Assembly (NCBI GenBank): GCA_963715335.1
Contig: CAVQRZ010000001.1
Location: 224,001-288,000, forward strand
Direction: 5' to 3'
Source of the DNA: an uncultured delta proteobacterium
GTDB taxonomy: Bacteria > Desulfobacterota > Desulfuromonadia > Desulfuromonadales > BM103
Length of the DNA: 64,000 bases
Translations under genes and position numbers: made by a program
Notes under the pieces: generated by a model
Database searches by the model: none
What the model saw: the letters and a program-made list of their open reading frames with translations, nothing else
Told to the model about the DNA's origin: nothing
Part shown: one piece after another, positions 28,474-38,129 of the stretch
How positions within the stretch are numbered: position 1 is the first letter of the stretch
How the letters are laid out: each line of letters begins with the position of its first letter

Positions 28474-28863
28474 ATGTTACAGCTCATCATCTTGTCAGTG
28501 CTGCTGTGTGGCTGCGGCCAGGAGCGACAAGACTATCCCCAGCGACAGATGCCGCAGGGGTTGATGGAGGACAGCGCGCAACTGGCCGCCGGTCACGCTC
28601 TGTTCGGTGACAAGTGCGCCAGCTGCCACGGCAAGCCAAGCGAAGGACGTTCCAGCCGAGCGGTTTTTTTTCAGCCGCCGGCGCCGGATTTCACCGAAGC
28701 CCGTTTCCGTGACAGCGACCCTGCCTACCTGTTCTGGAGGATTGAAGCCGGCAAGACCGTCGAGCCCTACCTTTCAAGCGGTTCGGTTATGCCTGCCTGG
28801 CGCGGGCTGACAGACCGGGAGATCTGGCAGCTGGTAGCCTATTTGAAAACCCGCGCAGACTAA
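28474..28863 (+). CDS. Monoheme cytochrome c lipoprotein
   Basis: Lipobox LCGC, CASCH, distal SVMPAW. Confidence 0.85.
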   Translation: MLQLIILSVLLCGCGQERQDYPQRQMPQGLMEDSAQLAAGHALFGDKCASCHGKPSEGRSSRAVFFQPPAPDFTEARFRDSDPAYLFWRIEAGKTVEPYLSSGSVMPAWRGLTDREIWQLVAYLKTRAD

Positions 28864-28888
28864 GCACAGGAGGCTTCCTGTAGAAGAC

Positions 28889-28918
28889 AAAAAGGGCCGG
28901 GGTTATCCGGCCCTTTTT
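28889..28918. terminator. Bidirectional intrinsic terminator
   Basis: aaaaagggccgg-ggttat-ccggcccttttt between convergent genes. Confidence 0.85.
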
Positions 28919-28940
28919 ATCTTGGATTTTCTGTAAAAGG

Positions 28941-30794
28941 CTATTCGTTCCAACCCTCCGGGTGCACATCGCCGATCTGCTCCCAATGCTCTGGGGAACG
29001 CCACAGGCTGGAGATGATCAGTTCGCGCATACGCAGGAACTCCTTGGGGAGTTTATCAAACATCTTCAGGAACAGTTCTTCGTGGGAAAGGACCTCGGCC
29101 TGCCAGAGATCGCGATCGACTGAGGTCAGGGCGTTGAATTGTTCGCGTGACACCTCGAGGCCCTCCCAATCCATGTCTTCGTAGCGGGGCATCCACCCCA
29201 GGGGGCTTTCTACGGCACCGGTCCGACCCTGAATCCGTTCAATGATCCATTTCAGAACGCGCATGTTCTCGCCATAGCCCGGCCAGGCGAATTTGCCATT
29301 CTGGTCCTTGAGGAACCAGTTGACGCTGAAGATGCGCGGCGGCTTGGCCACCGAGCGCCCGACCGACAGCCAGTGGCCGAAGTAGTCGGCCATGTGGTAG
29401 CCGCAGAACGGCAGCATGGCAAAGGGGTCGCGACGCACGTTGCCGGTGGCTCCAACTGCAGCAGCGGTAGTTTCCGAGCCAAGGGTGGCGGCGAGATAGA
29501 CACCGAAGTTCCAGTTGAACGCCTGGTAGACCAGCGGGATGGTATCTTTGCGGCGGCCACCGAAGATCATGGCGCTGAGTGGCACCCCCTTGGGATTTTC
29601 CCAATCGGGGTCGATCGACGGGCACTGGCTTGCCGGTGAGGTGAAGCGTGCGTTGGGATGGGCCGCCGGGCGACCACAGTCGGGCGTCCAGGCGGCCCCC
29701 TGCCAATCGGTCAGCTTCTCTGGCAGTTCATCGGTCATCCCCTCCCACCAGACATCACCATCTTCGGTCAGCGCCACGTTGGTGAAGATGGTGTTGGCGG
29801 CACAGGACGCCATGGCGTTGGGATTGGTCATAACCGAAGTCCCCGGGGCAACACCGAAGTAGCCGTACTCGGGATTGATGGCGTACAGCCGGCCGTCGCT
29901 GCCAGGCTTAATCCAGGCGATGTCATCACCGATGGTGGTCACCTTCCAGCCCTTGTCTGTAAACCCTTTGGGCGGAATCAGCATGGCAAAGTTGGTTTTT
30001 CCGCAGGCGCTCGGGAAAGCGGCCCCGACGTAGGACTTCTCCCCCTGCGGTGACTCAACGCCGAGAATCAGCATGTGCTCGGCCAGCCAACCTTCGTCAT
30101 AGCCGATCTTCGAGGCGATGCGCAGCGCCAGACACTTCTTGCCGAGCAGGGCGTTGCCGCCATAACCGCTGCCAAAGGACCAGATTGAACGTTCTTCGGG
30201 GAAGTGGACGATGTATTTCTCTTTGTTGCAGGGCCAGGAGACATCCCGCTCGTCCGCTTTTAGCGGAGCGCCGATCGAGTGCAGGCAGGGGATGAAATCC
30301 CCGCCGCCAAGGACGTCGAGCACCGCCTTGCCCATGCGGGTCATGATGCGCATGTTGACGACGACGTAAGGTGAGTCGGTGATCTCGACGCCGATTTTGG
30401 CAATCGGTGAGCCGAGCGGGCCCATACTGAAGGGGATGACATACATGGTCCGCCCCTTCATGCAGCCCTTGAAAAGTTTCCGCAGCTTGTCCTTCATCTC
30501 TTTCGGCGGCATCCAGTTGTTGGTTGGGCCGGCATCGTTTTTGGAGATACTGCAGATGAAGGTGCGGTCTTCCACCCGGGCCACGTCGATCGGATCGGAC
30601 CAGGCCAGGTAGCTGTTGGGGCGTTTCTCCTGGTTAAGCTTGCGGAAGGTTCCCGACTTGACCAGCAAGTTGCACATCTCGTCGTATTCCTTCTGGGACC
30701 CGTCACACCAGTGGATGCGCTCCGGCTCACACAGTCCCGCAACCTCATCGACCCATCTCAGCAGTTTGTCGTTCTTGGGAATTTCAAAACTCAT
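28941..30794 (-). CDS. pckG: Phosphoenolpyruvate carboxykinase (GTP)
   Basis: [52 protein letters not shown]. Confidence 0.96.
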   Translation of the reverse strand: MSFEIPKNDKLLRWVDEVAGLCEPERIHWCDGSQKEYDEMCNLLVKSGTFRKLNQEKRPNSYLAWSDPIDVARVEDRTFICSISKNDAGPTNNWMPPKEMKDKLRKLFKGCMKGRTMYVIPFSMGPLGSPIAKIGVEITDSPYVVVNMRIMTRMGKAVLDVLGGGDFIPCLHSIGAPLKADERDVSWPCNKEKYIVHFPEERSIWSFGSGYGGNALLGKKCLALRIASKIGYDEGWLAEHMLILGVESPQGEKSYVGAAFPSACGKTNFAMLIPPKGFTDKGWKVTTIGDDIAWIKPGSDGRLYAINPEYGYFGVAPGTSVMTNPNAMASCAANTIFTNVALTEDGDVWWEGMTDELPEKLTDWQGAAWTPDCGRPAAHPNARFTSPASQCPSIDPDWENPKGVPLSAMIFGGRRKDTIPLVYQAFNWNFGVYLAATLGSETTAAAVGATGNVRRDPFAMLPFCGYHMADYFGHWLSVGRSVAKPPRIFSVNWFLKDQNGKFAWPGYGENMRVLKWIIERIQGRTGAVESPLGWMPRYEDMDWEGLEVSREQFNALTSVDRDLWQAEVLSHEELFLKMFDKLPKEFLRMRELIISSLWRSPEHWEQIGDVHPEGWNE

Positions 30795-31233
30795 TTTTCT
30801 TGCCTCCCGTCGGATGGTTTTCTGTATGTCCAGTCAATAATACCCTACCATGTTATTTACTGTTGGCAGTGTGCCACGGCGATATTTAACAAACGATGCA
30901 AAACGGTGGTGGCGCAACCCCAGCCTGGCCACATTTTTCTTGATAATAAAACTGAAATATACACGTCCGGCTTTCATTTTCACAACAACAAATTCAGCCC
31001 TAGATAGAACCATTGGAAATTTATGATTCTACAATAACCAGGCGTAAGCGCCATTTTTACTTTTTTATCCTCGCTAAATTTGTTAAAGTGCCGCAGCTAT
31101 TTGTAACGACAGGGATAATGGCCGTGATTGTTCGCCTGAAAACCGCGAAAAACAGCTTGATTTTATTTGGCAGCTTACCCGATAGCTTCCACGATTGGTC
31201 AGAAATAGGTCTTGTCAGAAGGAGATAAACGCC

Positions 31234-31273
31234 GGCTTGTCACCCTAGTTGTTATTGTGACAGGCCTTTTTTT
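31234..31273 (+). terminator. Terminator-like hairpin in the leader of pckA
   Basis: ggcttgtcac-N13-gtgacaggcc followed by T7, 60 nt before the ATG. Confidence 0.6.
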
Positions 31274-31333
31274 ATAAATACCAGGACAAAAACCAGAGGA
31301 AGTTAAGAGCTTCCAAACCCAGGGAGTCACATA

Positions 31334-32914
31334 ATGTCAAACCTTACTGCTCAGAGTCTCGGACTGAAAAACATCGGCACGATTCGTCACAATCTTGATT
31401 ATGACGAACTTTTCGAATTGGAAGCCCAAAACTCCGAAGGGGCAATCTCGGAAAACGGTACGATGATGGTGGACACCGGCAAATTCACCGGTCGTTCCCC
31501 CAAGGACAAGTACTTCGTTCATCAGAAACCATCCTTTGAAAATATTGCCTGGGGTAAAATTAACCAGTCGATGGCGCCAGAAGTTTTCGACGAGCTTTAT
31601 AGTGAGGTTATCGATTATCTCTCCGGCAAGGATCTTTATGTAACCGACGGATTCTGCGGTGCCAACGAAAAGACCCGCACCTCGGTCCGCTTCGTCACCG
31701 AGTTCGCATGGCAGTCTCACTTTGTGAAGAACATGTTTATCCGCCCGGGACAAAGTGACCTCGACAACTTTGCGCCCCAGTTCACCGTGTACAACGCCTG
31801 CAGCCTGACCAACGAGAGATGGGAACAACACGGCCTCAACTCCGAAGTGTTCGTTGTTTTCAACATCGAGAAGAACGTTGCCATCATCGGTGGCACCTGG
31901 TATGGCGGCGAAATGAAAAAGGGCATCTTCACCATGATGAACTACTGGCTGCCGATGCAGGGAATCCTCTCCATGCATTGCTCCGCCAACGTCGGCAAAG
32001 GGGGTGACGTGGCCCTCTTCTTCGGCCTTTCCGGCACCGGCAAGACCACGCTCTCCACCGATCCCCATCGCAGGCTGATCGGTGACGATGAGCACGGCTG
32101 GGATGACGACGGGATTTTCAACTTTGAGGGCGGCTGCTACGCCAAGTGTATCAACCTGAGCGCTGAAAACGAGCCGGAGATATACAAGGCCATCCAGCGC
32201 AACGCCCTGCTTGAAAATGTAGTCGCCGATGAAGACGGCGTGGTCGATTTTGACAGCGACGCCAAAACCGAGAACACCCGCGTCTCCTACCCGATTGAGC
32301 ATATTGACAACCATGACCCGAGTCTCAAGGGCGGGCACCCGAAAAATATTATTTTCCTGACCTGCGATGCCTTCGGCGTCCTGCCGCCAGTCTCCAAACT
32401 GACCAAGGAGCAGGCAATGTACTACTTCCTCTCCGGCTATACCGCCAAGGTCGCCGGGACCGAGCGAGGCGTCACCGAACCGCAGGCAACCTTCTCTTCA
32501 TGTTTCGGCGAAGCGTTCCTGCCGCTGCACCCCACGGCGTACGCCAAGCTGCTCGGCGAGAAGCTGGAGAAGCACAGCGTCAACGCCTACCTGGTCAACA
32601 CCGGCTGGGTCGGCGGCGGCTACGGCGTCGGCAAACGGATGAGCATCAAGGCAACCCGCGCCTGCATCGATGCCATCCTCGACGGTAGCATCAAAGACGT
32701 TGAGTTCGATCAGACCCGCTGGTTCCGGCTCAACATCCCCAAGACCCTGCCGGGCGTCGATACCAACCTGCTCAACCCCCGCAATTCCTGGGCCAACAAG
32801 GAAGCCTTCGACAACACCGCAAACAAGCTGGCAGGGATGTTCATCGAGAACTTCAAGAAGTACACCCGTGGCAATGACGGCTTTGATTACACCCAGGCCG
32901 GCCCAAAGGTCTGA
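31334..32914 (+). CDS. pckA: Phosphoenolpyruvate carboxykinase (ATP)
   Basis: [49 protein letters not shown]. Confidence 0.97.
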   Translation: MSNLTAQSLGLKNIGTIRHNLDYDELFELEAQNSEGAISENGTMMVDTGKFTGRSPKDKYFVHQKPSFENIAWGKINQSMAPEVFDELYSEVIDYLSGKDLYVTDGFCGANEKTRTSVRFVTEFAWQSHFVKNMFIRPGQSDLDNFAPQFTVYNACSLTNERWEQHGLNSEVFVVFNIEKNVAIIGGTWYGGEMKKGIFTMMNYWLPMQGILSMHCSANVGKGGDVALFFGLSGTGKTTLSTDPHRRLIGDDEHGWDDDGIFNFEGGCYAKCINLSAENEPEIYKAIQRNALLENVVADEDGVVDFDSDAKTENTRVSYPIEHIDNHDPSLKGGHPKNIIFLTCDAFGVLPPVSKLTKEQAMYYFLSGYTAKVAGTERGVTEPQATFSSCFGEAFLPLHPTAYAKLLGEKLEKHSVNAYLVNTGWVGGGYGVGKRMSIKATRACIDAILDGSIKDVEFDQTRWFRLNIPKTLPGVDTNLLNPRNSWANKEAFDNTANKLAGMFIENFKKYTRGNDGFDYTQAGPKV

Positions 32915-32936
32915 TCCCAAGCTACATAAGTCATCA

Positions 32937-32964
32937 AAAGGGCGCCCGACGGGGTGCCCTTTTG
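32937..32964 (+). terminator. Intrinsic terminator after pckA
   Basis: aaaagggcgccc-gacg-gggtgccctttt. Confidence 0.8.
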
Positions 32965-33085
32965 ATTTTAAGGAGTATGGTGATCTCTGGCCTGTTCCCT
33001 GCGGATCGTAAACAGGGCCGCTGTCGCCACATTACTTCCGGATCGTGATTAGACTCCGGGATGTCAGCTCTTAATATATGTCGTA

Positions 33086-33113
33086 TTGACAAGCAGTCCA
33101 TGCTGGATAGATT
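33086..33113 (+). promoter_or_regulatory. Putative sigma70 promoter
   Basis: TTGACA-N16-TAGATT 30 nt upstream of the asparaginase-domain gene. Confidence 0.5.
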
Positions 33114-33143
33114 TAACTAGGGTTATTAAACAAGGGGGACGGG

Positions 33144-33626
33144 ATGCATCTTGAAATATTCACTACTGGTGGCACCATCGACAAGGTCTACTTCGATGCG
33201 AAAAGCTCTTTCGAAGTCGGTGATCCGCAGATTGTCGAGGTGCTCCGCGAGGCCAACCTCTGCATCGATTACCGGGTCACCCAGATCATGCGCAAGGACA
33301 GCCTGGAGTTGACCGATGCAGATCGTGAAACGATCCGCCACAGCGTAGAATCATCGGAAGCCGGAAACATAGTCATCACACATGGCACCGACACCATGAT
33401 CGACACGGCCAAGGCCCTGGCACAGGTTGCCGGAAAGACCATCGTCCTGACCGGAGCTATGCAGCCCGCCCGTTTCCGCCGCACCGATGCGGTTTTCAAC
33501 ATTGCCAGCGCGATGATGGCGGCACAGATCCTGCCTGCTGGAGTTTATATTGTCATGAATGGACAGGTCTTCGATCCAAACGCTGCACGCAAAAATGTCG
33601 CGCTGAACCGCTTCGAAGAAGTTTGA
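33144..33626 (+). CDS. Short asparaginase-domain protein (N-terminal domain only)
   Basis: TTGGTIDK, KDS, THGTDTM, VLTGAM. Confidence 0.88.
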   Translation: MHLEIFTTGGTIDKVYFDAKSSFEVGDPQIVEVLREANLCIDYRVTQIMRKDSLELTDADRETIRHSVESSEAGNIVITHGTDTMIDTAKALAQVAGKTIVLTGAMQPARFRRTDAVFNIASAMMAAQILPAGVYIVMNGQVFDPNAARKNVALNRFEEV

Positions 33627-33634
33627 TGGCGCCT

Positions 33635-33895
33635 TCAGTGGCTGGACAGGTAGCGCTTGGGCGGCGGGGAGTCGATGCCAGGGGCACTCTTCCCTTCCCG
33701 CTTCGGCACGCAATCCGCGGGGCGGGCATAATCCCAGAAAGGCCGATCCGCCTCACGCTCCGCTTCGGCACGGCTGATGCCGATATCCTTGGCAAGGACC
33801 TCGCTTAGCCGGCGCAGTTCACCTCTCTCATGGGCAACCTCACGCCACACCCTGATTTGTTTCCAGCCTCTTTTAAACAATCCTACGAGCAACAT
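33635..33895 (-). CDS. DUF1127 (YjiS-like) small protein
   Basis: RGELRRLSEVLAKDIGISRAEAEREADRPFW; AGGAG RBS; divergent from LysR. Confidence 0.85.
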   Translation of the reverse strand: MLLVGLFKRGWKQIRVWREVAHERGELRRLSEVLAKDIGISRAEAEREADRPFWDYARPADCVPKREGKSAPGIDSPPPKRYLSSH

Positions 33896-33977
33896 GCTTC
33901 AAGTCTCCTTACTGTGTGTTGACTTCACTATGCGCCTATGATATTGATTTGTAAAATGAATTTATTTTATGTTTTAT

Positions 33978-33992
33978 ATCAATTATTTTGAT
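33978..33992. promoter_or_regulatory. LysR-type T-N11-A operator
   Basis: ATCAattatttTGAT in the AT-rich gap between the divergent genes. Confidence 0.6.
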
Positions 33993-34002
33993 GACTCGTG
34001 GC

Positions 34003-34845
34003 ATGGAACTGCAAATCGATCTCTTAAAAACCTTTCTCGCCATCATCGACACAGGCGGCTTTACCAGCGCCTCGCAGCGCGTGCACCGGACGCAGTCGGC
34101 GATCAGCATGCAGGTCAAGCGGCTCGAGGATACCATTGGCCAGCCCCTCTTTGAGCGGACCGGGCGCAGCTTCCGGATCACTGCCGAAGGCGAGGCCCTA
34201 ATCCCCTATGCCCGGCGGCTCCTCAAGCTGCACGATGAGACCGTTGCGGCGATGATCAAGCCGAACGTCGTTGGCTCTGTGAAAATCGGCATCATCGACG
34301 ATTACGCCCTGCGCTTCCTGCCCAACATCCTTTCCCGCTTCGCCGCCGCCTACCCTCAGGTACAGGTGACGGTCCGCTGCGAGCCGACTTCGCTGCTGGT
34401 TCCCGCCCTCGAAAAAGGAGAACTCGACCTGGTGCTGGTCAATGGCAATCCCGGTGAAGATGGTGAAATAATTCGTCATGACCAGGCCATCTGGGTGACC
34501 TCGGCGAGCCACCTGACCCACGAAGAGGACCCGCTGCCCCTGGCGGTTTTCCATGCCGAATGCATCTTTCGCAAGTGGGCCCTCGATGCCCTCGATGCAA
34601 TCAATCGTCGCTACCGCGTCGCCTACCAGAGCCCCAGCGTCGCCGGCATCGTCGCCACCGTTTCTGCCGGACTGGCTGTCGCCATCCTCTTCGACAGCGT
34701 GGCGCCCCAGGAGTTCCGTCGACTGAGAGGCGACGACGGCTTTCCAGAGCTCCCCGCGGCCAAGATCATCCTCAAGCGGGCACCAGGCCGCGGCGCAGCG
34801 GCCGTAGAATGCATGGCCCAGCATATCCAGGAAGGGATGCGCTAA
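34003..34845 (+). CDS. LysR family transcriptional regulator
   Basis: LKTFLAI...FTSAS...TQSAISMQVKRLE HTH; substrate-binding domain. Confidence 0.94.
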   Translation: MELQIDLLKTFLAIIDTGGFTSASQRVHRTQSAISMQVKRLEDTIGQPLFERTGRSFRITAEGEALIPYARRLLKLHDETVAAMIKPNVVGSVKIGIIDDYALRFLPNILSRFAAAYPQVQVTVRCEPTSLLVPALEKGELDLVLVNGNPGEDGEIIRHDQAIWVTSASHLTHEEDPLPLAVFHAECIFRKWALDALDAINRRYRVAYQSPSVAGIVATVSAGLAVAILFDSVAPQEFRRLRGDDGFPELPAAKIILKRAPGRGAAAVECMAQHIQEGMR

Positions 34846-34849
34846 AAAA

Positions 34850-34881
34850 ACCGGGGACACATCGCATGATGTGTCCCCGGT
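34850..34881. terminator. Terminator between lysR and aapP
   Basis: Perfect 14-bp stem accggggacacatc-gcat-gatgtgtccccggt preceded by an A-run. Confidence 0.85.
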
Positions 34882-34916
34882 CTCGATATACCTGACAGGT
34901 TGCCTGGCCCGCGGGC

Positions 34917-35687
34917 CTAGAGAATCTGGCTCAAGAATAGCTTGGTCCGCTCATGCTGCGGGTTGTCAAAGAACTCGTGTGGATTATTCTGTTCGACGAT
35001 CTGCCCGTCATCCATAAACATCACCCGGTCGGCGACGCTCTTGGCAAAGCCCATCTCGTGGGTAACCACCAGCATCGTCATCCCCTCTTCGGCCAAATCG
35101 ATCATGACGTCAAGGACCTCCTTGATCATCTCCGGATCAAGTGCCGAGGTCGGCTCGTCAAACAGCATCACCTTGGGCTTCATGCACAGGCTGCGGGCGA
35201 TCGCCACACGCTGCTGTTGGCCACCGGAAAGCTGGCCGGGGAATTTTTTCGCCTGCTCGGCAATATGCACCTTCTCCAGGAACATCATCGCCAATTCTTC
35301 AGCTTCCTTCTTCGGCGTCTTGCGCACCCAGATCGGCCCCAGGGTCAGGTTGTCGATGATCGAAAGATGCGGGAAGAGGTTGAAATGCTGGAAGACCATG
35401 CCGACTTCCGTGCGAACTTTTTCAATGTTCTTGATGTCGTTGGTCAGTTCCGTACCGTTGACGATGATCTGGCCGCGCTGATGCTCTTCAAGCCGGTTGA
35501 TGCAGCGGATCAGGGTTGACTTGCCGGAACCGGACGGTCCGCAGACGACAATCCGCTCGCCGAGCTGCACGTGCAGGTTGATATCACTGAGGACATGAAA
35601 ATCCCCGTACCATTTGTGCATGCCGTTGACTTCTATAATCGGTCTGTCAGCGGGGGTCACGGCAGCTTGTTGTTCAATTTCGTTCAT
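34917..35687 (-). CDS. aapP: General L-amino acid ABC transporter ATPase
   Basis: [28 protein letters not shown]. Confidence 0.92.
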   Translation of the reverse strand: MNEIEQQAAVTPADRPIIEVNGMHKWYGDFHVLSDINLHVQLGERIVVCGPSGSGKSTLIRCINRLEEHQRGQIIVNGTELTNDIKNIEKVRTEVGMVFQHFNLFPHLSIIDNLTLGPIWVRKTPKKEAEELAMMFLEKVHIAEQAKKFPGQLSGGQQQRVAIARSLCMKPKVMLFDEPTSALDPEMIKEVLDVMIDLAEEGMTMLVVTHEMGFAKSVADRVMFMDDGQIVEQNNPHEFFDNPQHERTKLFLSQIL

Positions 35688-35717
35688 AACACTCTCACAG
35701 TATACGGCTTGCCGGCC

Positions 35718-36809
35718 TTAACGACCGGTGTGCAGTTCTTTCTCCAGCTTTCGACTGTAATTCGACATCGCGTAGCAGCAGATGAAGTAAAGGACCGCCA
35801 GGAAGATATAGGCCTCGGTCGAGTAGCCGGTCCACTTCGGGTTCGACAGGGTAACCTTGGTCGTCTTCAGCACATCGTACAGGGCGATGATCACAACCAG
35901 TGAGGTATCCTTGAATGCGGACAGCAGAATGCCGACACTCGGTGGGATCACGATCTTCAGGGCCTGTGGCAGAATAATCTGCCGCATCGTCTGGCTATAG
36001 TTCAGACCGATCGAGTCAGCAGCTTCGAACTGGCCGCGCGGCATGGCCTGCAGTCCGCCTCGCACCACCTCGGCGATATAGGCCGCAGTGAAGAGAATGA
36101 TCGCCGCCTGGGCGCGCAGCACCTTGTCGATCGTCACCCCTTCGGGGAGAAACAGCGGAAACATCACCGATGACATGAACAGCAGGCTGATCAACGGCAC
36201 CCCGCGAATCATCTCGATATAGACGACACAGAGGGTCTTGATTGCCGGCATCTTTGACTGCCGGCCAAGCGCCAGAAACACTCCGAGCGGGTAAGCGGCG
36301 ACCATGCCGAACAGGGAGAGCATGAAGGTCAGTGGCAGGCCGCTCCACTGGGCAGTTTCAACCACCTGCATACCAAAGACACCGCCATACATCAGGGTGC
36401 CCATGACAATCAGCCCAACCGTCCAGTAGATACCGAGAGACTTCTTCCAATGCTTGCGATTCCGGGAAAAGATCACCAGGCCAAGCAACAGCGCCATGGC
36501 GAGACCCGGCCGCCACTGCTCACCATCAGGGAAAAAGCCGAAGATGATGAAACTGATATTTTGCGGGATGATCGACCAGCAGGCACCTTCGATGTCACGA
36601 CAGGCCTCTGCCGGAGAGTTCCAGACGCTGTCGATGAACGCCCAGCTGAAAAACGGCGGCACGACCTGCCAGAGCAGCAGCAGCACTGCGATCGTCAACA
36701 GCGAGTTGAACCAGCTGTTGAACAGGTTGCCCCGCAGCCAGCCGATCACTCCGACTTCGGTAATGGGGGGCTTGAGATATTCGCGGGTCGAGACTGGAGG
36801 ATTGGTCAT
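35718..36809 (-). CDS. aapM: General L-amino acid ABC permease
   Basis: NLFNSW, GACW, WSGLPLT, AYIAEVVRGGLQ. Confidence 0.9.
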   Translation of the reverse strand: MTNPPVSTREYLKPPITEVGVIGWLRGNLFNSWFNSLLTIAVLLLLWQVVPPFFSWAFIDSVWNSPAEACRDIEGACWSIIPQNISFIIFGFFPDGEQWRPGLAMALLLGLVIFSRNRKHWKKSLGIYWTVGLIVMGTLMYGGVFGMQVVETAQWSGLPLTFMLSLFGMVAAYPLGVFLALGRQSKMPAIKTLCVVYIEMIRGVPLISLLFMSSVMFPLFLPEGVTIDKVLRAQAAIILFTAAYIAEVVRGGLQAMPRGQFEAADSIGLNYSQTMRQIILPQALKIVIPPSVGILLSAFKDTSLVVIIALYDVLKTTKVTLSNPKWTGYSTEAYIFLAVLYFICCYAMSNYSRKLEKELHTGR

Positions 36810-36813
36810 GAAG

Positions 36814-38016
36814 TCACCTCTCCACCAGGGCCATCTTCTTGTTGTACCAGTTCATAAATACTGACGTCGACAAGCTGAAGAAGAGATAGACCAGCATGAT
36901 CAGGGCCACGCCCTCGATCGCCTGCCCAGTCTGGTTGATCGTGGTGTTGGTGACCGCCACGAAATCGGCGAAGCCGATGGCGATCGCCAGCGAACTGTTC
37001 TTGGTCAGGTTGAGCATCTGGCTGGTCAACGGCGGAATGATCACGCGCAGCGCCTGGGGCAGGACCACCAGGTGCAGGACCTGACCGGGGCGTAAACCGA
37101 CCGCCATGGCAGCCTCAACCTGGCCGCGACCGACCGACTGGATACCGGCGCGGACAATCTCGGCGACAAACGCCGCCGTGTAAAGCACCAGGCCCAGCAA
37201 CAAGGCGCTGAACTCGGGGCTGACTGTCACCCCCCCCTTGAAATTGAACCCTTGCAGTTGCGGTACATTCATGGCCGTCGGTGCGCCGTAGACAAACCAG
37301 ACGAGGAGCGGCAACACCACCGACAGCGCAAGGGTAACCCGGACTGCCGGGAAGATCTGCCCGGTTCGTGCCTGGCGCTGGCGCCCCCAGCGATTCAACC
37401 CCCAGCCAACTGCCAGGGCAATCACGAACGCCCAGCCCATGGCGGCATGGGCAGCATGTGCCTCCGGTACGCCGAAAATCAGCCCGCGGTTGCAGAGGAA
37501 CACCCCGCCAAACGGGTTGAGTGCCTGACGTGGCGACGGAAAAGACTCGTAGAAAATGGCATACCAGAAAAAGAGCTGCAGGAGGATCGGGATATTCTGC
37601 ATCAATTCGATATAACCCGCCGCAAGTTTTGACAACAGCCAGTTGCTGGACAGGCGGGAGATGCCGATGATGGTGCCGAGGATCGTGGTCAGGACAATGC
37701 CGATGAAGGACACCTTGATCGTGTTCAGGGCACCGACCAGCAGGGCATCGGCATAACTGTCAGCGGCCGAATACTCGATGACCGACTCACCGATCTCGAA
37801 ACCGGCCTCCTTGCCCAGGAAACCGAAACCGGTGGCGATCGATTGTCGTTCGAGGTTGGCCTGGGTGTTGGAGAACAGATAATAGCTGACGAAAGCAACC
37901 AGCAACAGGGCCACAACCTGGAACACGATGGCCCGCTTGCCCGGGTCGCGCCAGAAAGGCACGGACCCCGGCCGCAATTTCGCGTCTATCGTATTGTTCA
38001 GCTCTTTGCTCTTCAA
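36814..38016 (-). CDS. aapQ: General L-amino acid ABC permease
   Basis: GFGFL...AGFEI, LQGFNFKGG, AEIVRAGI, NLTKNSSLA. Confidence 0.9.
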   Translation of the reverse strand: MKSKELNNTIDAKLRPGSVPFWRDPGKRAIVFQVVALLLVAFVSYYLFSNTQANLERQSIATGFGFLGKEAGFEIGESVIEYSAADSYADALLVGALNTIKVSFIGIVLTTILGTIIGISRLSSNWLLSKLAAGYIELMQNIPILLQLFFWYAIFYESFPSPRQALNPFGGVFLCNRGLIFGVPEAHAAHAAMGWAFVIALAVGWGLNRWGRQRQARTGQIFPAVRVTLALSVVLPLLVWFVYGAPTAMNVPQLQGFNFKGGVTVSPEFSALLLGLVLYTAAFVAEIVRAGIQSVGRGQVEAAMAVGLRPGQVLHLVVLPQALRVIIPPLTSQMLNLTKNSSLAIAIGFADFVAVTNTTINQTGQAIEGVALIMLVYLFFSLSTSVFMNWYNKKMALVER

Positions 38017-38076
38017 AGAATATCCTGTTCAGACCAGAACCGGCCACGCGGGAGAAGTCGCCAGAATCAGCATAAC

Positions 38077-38112
38077 AAAAACGGGGAGATGTCGACAAGC
38101 GACATCTCCCCG
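38077..38112 (-). terminator. Internal hairpin/terminator after aapJ
   Basis: 13-bp stem cggggagatgtcg/cgacatctccccg followed by T5 on the minus strand. Confidence 0.7.
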
Positions 38113-38129
38113 GTCCAGCAAAAAAGCTG

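Noticed and set aside
32965..33060. Fluoride riboswitch
   Set aside because: Only a superficial GGAGTATGGTG start; the conserved pseudoknot and 3' motif are missing and there is no fluoride-related gene downstream
33560..33720. Cuckoo-type sRNAs downstream of DUF1127
   Set aside because: No CCTCCTCCC motifs; the gene abuts the convergent asparaginase gene
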